DNA of 64,000 bases from Eledone cirrhosa (Eukaryota): positions 36,332,001 to 36,396,000 of the forward strand of contig OZ024757.1 of assembly GCA_964016885.1 (NCBI GenBank), read 5' to 3'. Below the pieces are notes generated by a model. That model saw only the letters and a list, made by a program, of their open reading frames with translations. It ran no database searches and had not been told where the DNA came from. Positions 57,743 to 64,000 of this stretch are shown piece by piece (positions within the stretch are counted from its first letter, which is position 1; the number at the start of each line of letters is the position of its first letter). The translations under genes were made by a program, and so were the position numbers.

Positions 57743-58421
57743 TTGCCAACTCTTCTTTATTCCATCTCCCAGATACTAAGCTAAATATTTTTCCTGACCA
57801 ACTCTCTGGAACTTTCTTTTTTGTCCTACAGATGCACCAATTGAACTATAAGTTATGTGGGCACAGGCTAATTGATAGCTAATTAATATTGATTTGATAC
57901 AAATTATATTCCAATTTAGTTAAGATTATTTTGGGAAAGCTGGTACAATTCTTGTCATCAACATCATACTCTATTTCCTTCCTATAAAAAAGGTGTTCTA
58001 ACCTTGAAATATAAAAGTGAAATCTGTTGTTTTGTTTTCCTTATTTAACTTTACTCTAGTTTTCAATCCTATATGTCTTGCATTGAACTAGCTTTCCCAA
58101 ATTAATCATAACTGCATATTTTACACTATTTCATATTCATAAACAAGGCACATTGCCTAATGGTTAGGCTTTTGGACTCATAGTCATATGGTTGTGGGTT
58201 TTGATTCCTGCACTGGACTGCATGCTGTATTTTTAAGAAAAAATACTTTATTTCCTGTGGAGCCTTCTACCAAGAGTTGTAACTGACAGACAGTATCAGC
58301 AATGGAAAGACCAATGGAAATATTGTTTCCTTGGTCTGATCTGATGATTAGCTTGTTTTGACATATAAACTATATAATTTCGTATTTCAATTTCGTTTTT
58401 TTTTTAAATTTCTCTGTTTAG

Positions 58422-58802
58422 GACCTTCCGGAAATGAAAGTTCTCCTTTCCCAGCTGGGTTTGTCATGCCAACAGGTGGTCAACCAGGCTACCCACCACA
58501 ACCAACAGGTGGCCAGCCAGGCTACCCTCCACAACCAACAGGCGGCCAGCCAGGCTACCCTCCACAACCAACAGGCGGACAGCCAGGCTACCCACCACAA
58601 CCAACAGGTGGACAGCCAGGCTACCCTCCACAACCAACAGGCAGCCAGCCAGGCTACCCTCCACAACCAACAGGCGGTCAACCAAATTACCCATCACAGC
58701 CAGGTTATCCACCATCTCAGTCAGTTGGTGGTGGCCAGCCAAGTTACGCACCTCAACCAGGCTACCCATCACAGCCATCTCAACCACACTATCCTTCAGC
58801 AA
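58422..58802 (+). CDS. ANXA7-like: 381-nt exon, annexin N-terminal low-complexity domain with 6 PTG(G/S)QPGYPPQ repeats plus degenerate copies, phase 1-1
   Basis: tctctgtttag acceptor, a/gtaaga donor; 33-nt repeat units differ mainly at third codon positions; inside ORF 58358..58849. Confidence 0.9.
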
Positions 58803-59049
58803 GTAAGATTTCTATAATGTTCATCTATGTCTTTTTCACCAGTGACTGATACACACACATAGGGAAGATTCAAGTCAATCCCCAGGATATTACTGGTATT
58901 TTATTGTCTTTAATATGGGAACCAATCGGGGGCAAAACTAAATACAGTGAAGGACCTACTGCAGCACCCAGTTTATAATGATTGACTAACCACTATATTT
59001 CTCTCTATATAAACATTGTCTTAAGCACAAGGCTATTTATGCTAAGGCT

Positions 59050-59320
59050 GGGATCTTCTTCTTTTCGTATCTTCGAAGCATGTGGTTATATGACAGTTTC
59101 CCATTTCTTTACACAGTCCTTTGCATTATTATTAAATTCTGCGAGATCTTTTAAGCAGCACTGGTTGGGTAGTAGAGGGCAAACAAGGCAGTGCTGCATC
59201 GTGTGGTCTTCCTCTCTGCATTCACAGATGTATTGAATATACTGGGATGTATTGTATATACTGGGATGTATTGTATATACTGGGATGTATTGTATATACT
59301 GGGATGTATTGTATATACTC
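59050..59320 (-). mobile_element. LINE 3' end with C-terminal zinc knuckle, preceded by a 19-bp tandem repeat
   Basis: CECREEDHTMQHCLVCP motif then stop and (GAA)-like tail. Confidence 0.6.
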
Positions 59321-59481
59321 GAAGCCGAGGAATATGTGACCAAATAAATTGATGGTAAAATGGAGAGGGGGATGGTCAGCTTATACACGCCGGTTAAACA
59401 TAATGTCTTCATTAGCTGCCTTATAAATTTAGATTTTTTGTCCATTTCTCAGATATAAAATAGGTGGGGGAGGGGCGTATC

Positions 59482-59917
59482 GGTATATAACAGAATTATA
59501 TCACTGGGGTATATAACAGAATTATATCACTGGAGTATATAACAGAATTATATCACTGGGGGTATATAACAGAATTATATCACTGGGGTATATAACAGAA
59601 TTATATCACTGGGGTATATAACAGAATTATATCACTGGGGTATATAACAGAATTATATCACTGGGGTATATAACAGAATTATATCACTGGAGTATATAAC
59701 AGAATTATATCACTGGGGGTATATAACAGAATTATATCACTGGGGTATATAACAGAATTATATCACTGGAGTATATAACAGAATTATATCACTGGGGGTA
59801 TATAACAGAATTATATCACTGGGGTATATAACAGAATTATATCACTGGGGTATATAACAGAATTATATCACGGGTATATAACAATTATATCACCGGGGTA
59901 TATAACAGAATTATAAC
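59482..59917. repeat. 26-bp minisatellite (ggggtatataacagaattatatcact), ~16-17 units
   Basis: Period read directly (59482, 59508). Confidence 0.95.
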
Positions 59918-60209
59918 ATTTTATGTATGTCTGCCAAAGAAAGAAATATTAGAGAAGGCTGGTATTGACGATGTAGAGGGAGAGGGAGGTCAGGTAAGTT
60001 GAGGGAGGGGTGGAGGTAAAAGGAGAGGCAAATAGTCAGGTACAGGAAGAGGGGGTGGGTGGTAAGAAGAGAGGTAGGATGAGAAGAGAGAGAGAGATGT
60101 GACTAATTTTACTTTAATAATAATTAAAAATATTGAAATATTAATGCAATATAAATATAACTTATTTTTAGTATCATTATTTTTTTCATTATATTTTTTG
60201 GTATTTCAG

Positions 60210-60232
60210 GCCCCTGCTCACAAATTAATAAA
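60210..60232 (+). CDS. ANXA7-like: 23-nt microexon (S)PCSQINK, phase 1 to 0
   Basis: T-rich tract plus tttcag acceptor, aa/gtaagt donor; supplies exactly the phase change needed between 58802 (phase 1) and 62214 (phase 0). Confidence 0.75.
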
Positions 60233-60301
60233 GTAAGTTGCACCAAGTTTTCTCTGTAATGATTTTTTTTCTGTTTGATATATGATGACGATGATGATAA
60301 A

Positions 60302-61503
60302 AGAGTACCCCGATCTGTCATCTGGTGGGCCCTAAAGAAACTAGGTGTAGAGGAATGGCTTTTGAGGACAGTGCAAGCTATGTACAGCAGAGCTGTCAGT
60401 TAAGTGAGAGTAGGAATGGAGTTTAGTGAGGAATTCCAGATACAAGTAGGAGTTCATCAGGGTTCGGTCCTCAACCCACTTTCATTCATTATAGTTCTCC
60501 AAGCCATAACAGAGGAGTTTAAGACTGGCTGCCCATGGGAACTTCTCTATGCTGAGGATCTGGTTCTTATAGCAGAATCAGTAGAGGAGCTAGAGAATAA
60601 ATTCTGGCTATGGAAACAGCTGTTGGAATCAAGAGGACTGAGAGTGAACCTAGCAAAGGCTAAAGTATTGAAAAGTAGGAAAGAGGACAAGACTCTGATT
60701 CCATCAGGGAAATGGCTATGTTCGATATGTAGGAATTGTATTGTGTACATACTATAGAATGTACACAATGCAGATCTTGGGTACACAAGAGATGTAGCGG
60801 GATAGCAGGCAAACTAACAGGAAAAGAAAACTTCAAATGTAGTAGATGTTCGGGGAAATTTGACAGTAGAAGTCACATTCATAGACACAATTTTCAAATG
60901 CAGGTAGGATCTATAGAGGTGGTTGATAGCTTCCGATATCTAGGTGATAAAATTAGCATGGGAGGGGGGTGTTCCGAGGCCATGGTATCTAGAATAAGGA
61001 CAGGATGGAAGAAGTTTAGGGAGCTGCTTCTTCTGCTGACAGCGAAGGGTTTCCCCCTACGAATGAAAGGTCAGTTGTATGATGCCTGTGTGAGATGCGC
61101 AATACTGCATGGTAGTGAGACATGGGCAGCAATTGCAGAGGATATGTGATGGCTGGAGAGAAATGAAACAAACATGCTCCAATGGATGTGCAATGTCATT
61201 GTGCGTGAACGACCAAGCATAGACGAGTTGAGAAAGAAACTGGGTATAAGAGGGAGAGAATACTATGTTGGTATGGACATGTGATGCACATGGAAGATGA
61301 CTGCTGGGTAAAGAAGTGCCAAGTAATCCCTATGGAAGGAAGACGCAGTAGAGGAAGACCACAAAAAACATGGGCAGAGTTGATCTCAGATCACTGAAGC
61401 TCACGGAGGAGATGACGAAGGACCGTGACAAGTCGAGAGATGCTCTGTTGAAGAGGACCCATCTAACCTTTGCAAGCAGGGAAAAGCAGACATAAAATGA
61501 TGA
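60302..61503 (+). mobile_element. 5'-truncated decayed RTE LINE
   Basis: ORFs 60404..60757 and 60736..61149; (GAT)n tail. Confidence 0.93.
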
Positions 61504-61506
61504 TAG

Positions 61507-61574
61507 AAATGACTTCTACATGACTAAAACTGTTTCATTCATATGAAACAGTTCTAGTCCTGTAGAAGTCATTT
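61507..61574. repeat. Palindrome of a hammerhead 3' half (27503 family)
   Basis: aaatgacttctacatgactaaaactgtttc attcatat gaaacagttctagtcctgtagaagtcattt. Confidence 0.85.
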
Positions 61575-61669
61575 TTGTATAAAATAAAAAATGCCTATAC
61601 TCTACCACTGTATTGAGTACCTGTTTTAACTGTGGCTACTCACCAACACAACTCGGGAATCTACATATT

Positions 61670-61920
61670 ATACATATATCTCTGAGAGGTGCAATTGGGC
61701 AATGTCGGCTTTTATCACTTCATCCCAGGTCTCCCTGGGTCTCCCCACTCCAAGGCTTCCAATGACTTTGAGTGCTCTACACTTTTTTATGCAGCTGTCA
61801 TCCTTCATACGCAATCTTCTCTCCTGCACACAGCATTTGATTCCTTTTATGCCTAATTTCTCTCTCATTTATGCTTCGCCGTTGTCGCATATTATTATTA
61901 CACATCCATTGGAGCGTGCA
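61670..61920 (-). mobile_element. RTE LINE 3' fragment
   Basis: REKLGIKGIKCCVQERRLR...GRPRETW. Confidence 0.8.
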
Positions 61921-62213
61921 CTATATGTTTAGTATAAATAAAGTACATTACATATAACTGTGTTGATTATCATTACATAACGTTATATGGATTTAATAAG
62001 CAACTGTAACTGTCTTCTCAATCCTGTTGGTGAAGAGCAAGAGGTGGATGACATATGAGAGAACATGATTGATACCATTAACTTTTCAAACCCATTTGAA
62101 AATTGATGCTATAATTTAAAGTTAAAGTTAAAATGTACTTTTTCTAACTGAAGGAAATTTTGAAACTTGTCTTATAAACACTAATGAAATTGTTTCATTT
62201 ATTTATTTTGTAG

Positions 62214-62352
62214 CCAAAGGCCCTGACTGATGACATGAGGAAAATGGCCATGTATGGTGGACACGAAAAATTCTGTCCTACTGTGGTACCTGCCAACCCT
62301 TTTTCTGCCGAGGAAGATGCTAAAGTGTTGCGAAAGGCTATGAAAGGATTCG
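62214..62352 (+). CDS. ANXA7-like: Annexin exon entering core repeat 1: PKALTDDMRKMAMYGGHEKFCPTVVPANPFSAEEDAKVLRKAMKGF(G); gene continues beyond the window
   Basis: ttttgtag acceptor, g/gtgggt donor; PTV.PA.PF.A..DA.VLRKAMKGFG is the diagnostic start of annexin repeat 1 in the A7/A11 type. Confidence 0.93.
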
Positions 62353-62699
62353 GTGGGTAGAATGTTAACAGAACCCTTTTGATATTAAACTGACTGACAA
62401 CGCCCTTGTTTCTACAATACCAAACTATTTCTTTTAAAGTGTTTATATTTATCTAAAACATTCCATTATAATTATGTTTAAGAACCTTTGTTAAGTTATG
62501 TTCCAAGCACTGACTTAATAAGAAAGTTACTTTCAAATTCTTTATTATTTTATTATTTTCAAGATTATTTGAAACACAGAAGCAGTGTCTTTCATTAGAA
62601 ATATGGTAATGAAAGGGTTAATGATATAGACAGTGTCTTTCATTAGAAATACTAGCAGATATGATATGTAAATTGAAAATTAAATTGACAATAGCTTCT

Positions 62700-63050
62700 T
62701 CTTCGCCCATTTATTTCTGAGAGGGTCATGGGGGCAGAGTCCTTCTCAAACACTCTTTACAGCAAATCTGTCTGAAACAAACATCTCTAACTAATCCAGC
62801 TGGATCCCAAAGCGTGACCAGCCAAGCTCATGGATGTTATCCAACCATCTTGCTCAGGGTTTACCTCCAGGTCCCTTGCCGGTTGGTTTTGCCTGTAAAA
62901 TCTGTCCAGCGATTCTTTCCAGAGACATTCTAACCACATGCCCATAATATCGGAGCTGTGATCTCGCAATCTGGAAAAGTAGCGACTCTACCTGGAGTGA
63001 CTCTCTGGTCTCTGAGCTATGCACTCTATCAAGTAACGTTACTCCAAAAA
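62700..63050 (-). mobile_element. 3' end of a further RTE family
   Basis: RSQLRYYGHVVRMSLERIAGQILQAKPTG and gaagaagaag tail. Confidence 0.75.
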
Positions 63051-64000
63051 TCACAAAATGTGTGGGTGGGTGTGTGTTTGTTTGAATGCATGTATAAAAG
63101 GTAGGAAGGGGATACACGCATATATATGTCTCTAACTTAAAAACAGTGACACACATGTCTCTAATTCAACAACGCCAACAAATTCATGAGTGTGCACATA
63201 CACACACTGTACTATTACCACTTATGAGTTTTGGCCCGGGCAAACATCCCCTCAATTTTAGAACTGTCTGGGTTCTCCAGAATTGATGGACCTGACAGTC
63301 TTACCTGTGCCCCTGGTCAAGAGGCAGGTGCCTTATCGGGGACGTTACAGTTAGTGACTCTTTTGCTTCTTCCCACACCCTGTATGCAGCAGTAAGGGCG
63401 AGAGCTACAGCATCCGCAGCTAAACGGAACAAAATCCTGAAATACTGTGTTCTCTCGGCTAACTACATTTTCCAGCCTGTGGTATTCAAGACGTTTGGGG
63501 GGAGTCGGGCTACTGACAGCAAGGTTCTTATCTTCACTGGCGGCTTGCGAAACAGAGGTAACTGGTGAAGCTTGTGAGGGTGCTTGGCTGTTCCAGCACC
63601 TCAGCCTCGCCATAGAAAGGTTTCCCAGTGCTCCTCACTATATTGTTATCTGGTAGCTGTTCATTTGTCCACTCCTTTCGCCTGCCTTTTGTTGTATGTA
63701 GTCCTAGATGTGTATATTACTTGCTTGTGTGTTTTTTCTCTTCCTTTTTTTCCTTTCTCTTTCCTTTGTATATATTATATTTGTGTGTGTTTTTGTTCTG
63801 TAAGCATTATATTATTATACTTTACCCTCCCATTTCCCCATTTATCGAACGCTATCATGTTGTGTGTGTTCATGTAAATGTATGTGAATGTATACTTTTG
63901 TAAGTTTGTTTGTGTGATATAAATGTATGTATATGCACATACGCACACACATACACATCAGCGTGTTGGAAAACATCCTAATCTTTTCATCTTTCTCTTT

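Noticed and set aside
63200-63650. GC-richer ORFs 63317..63613 and 63447..63656 as next annexin exon
   Set aside because: No TDE/annexin repeat motif in the listed translations; probably a retroelement fragment that I cannot classify.

Overview
Repeat-rich animal genomic DNA. The giant (AT)n/(ATGT)n tracts, RTE LINE debris and tRNA-derived SINEs suggest a coleoid cephalopod such as Octopus (inference). There is one 200-N gap. Nearly all ORF-track calls are microsatellite or repeat artefacts. Manual splice reading recovers a + strand locus spanning the window. Exons 1371-1510, 14189-14232 and 14991-15167 are phase-compatible and encode a His/Lys-rich, Ser11-DEE, basic, GYPPQQ-repeat region. 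They can splice either to a short terminal exon at 36041 (GYPH-stop, 124-aa low-complexity protein) or, 43 kb downstream, to exons 58422-58802, 60210-60232 (23-nt microexon) and 62214-62352, which lead into an annexin A7/A11-type core that continues beyond the window. A two-gene reading is not excluded. The introns hold a full-length IR/DR Tc1 element whose catalytic Glu is replaced by Val, two defective mariner-family elements, two non-autonomous Helitrons, a 49-bp satellite, and many RTE and SINE copies. They also hold at least seven type I hammerhead ribozyme motifs of Penelope-like style. In three places a hammerhead 3' half is folded back with the breakpoint in stem-loop II.
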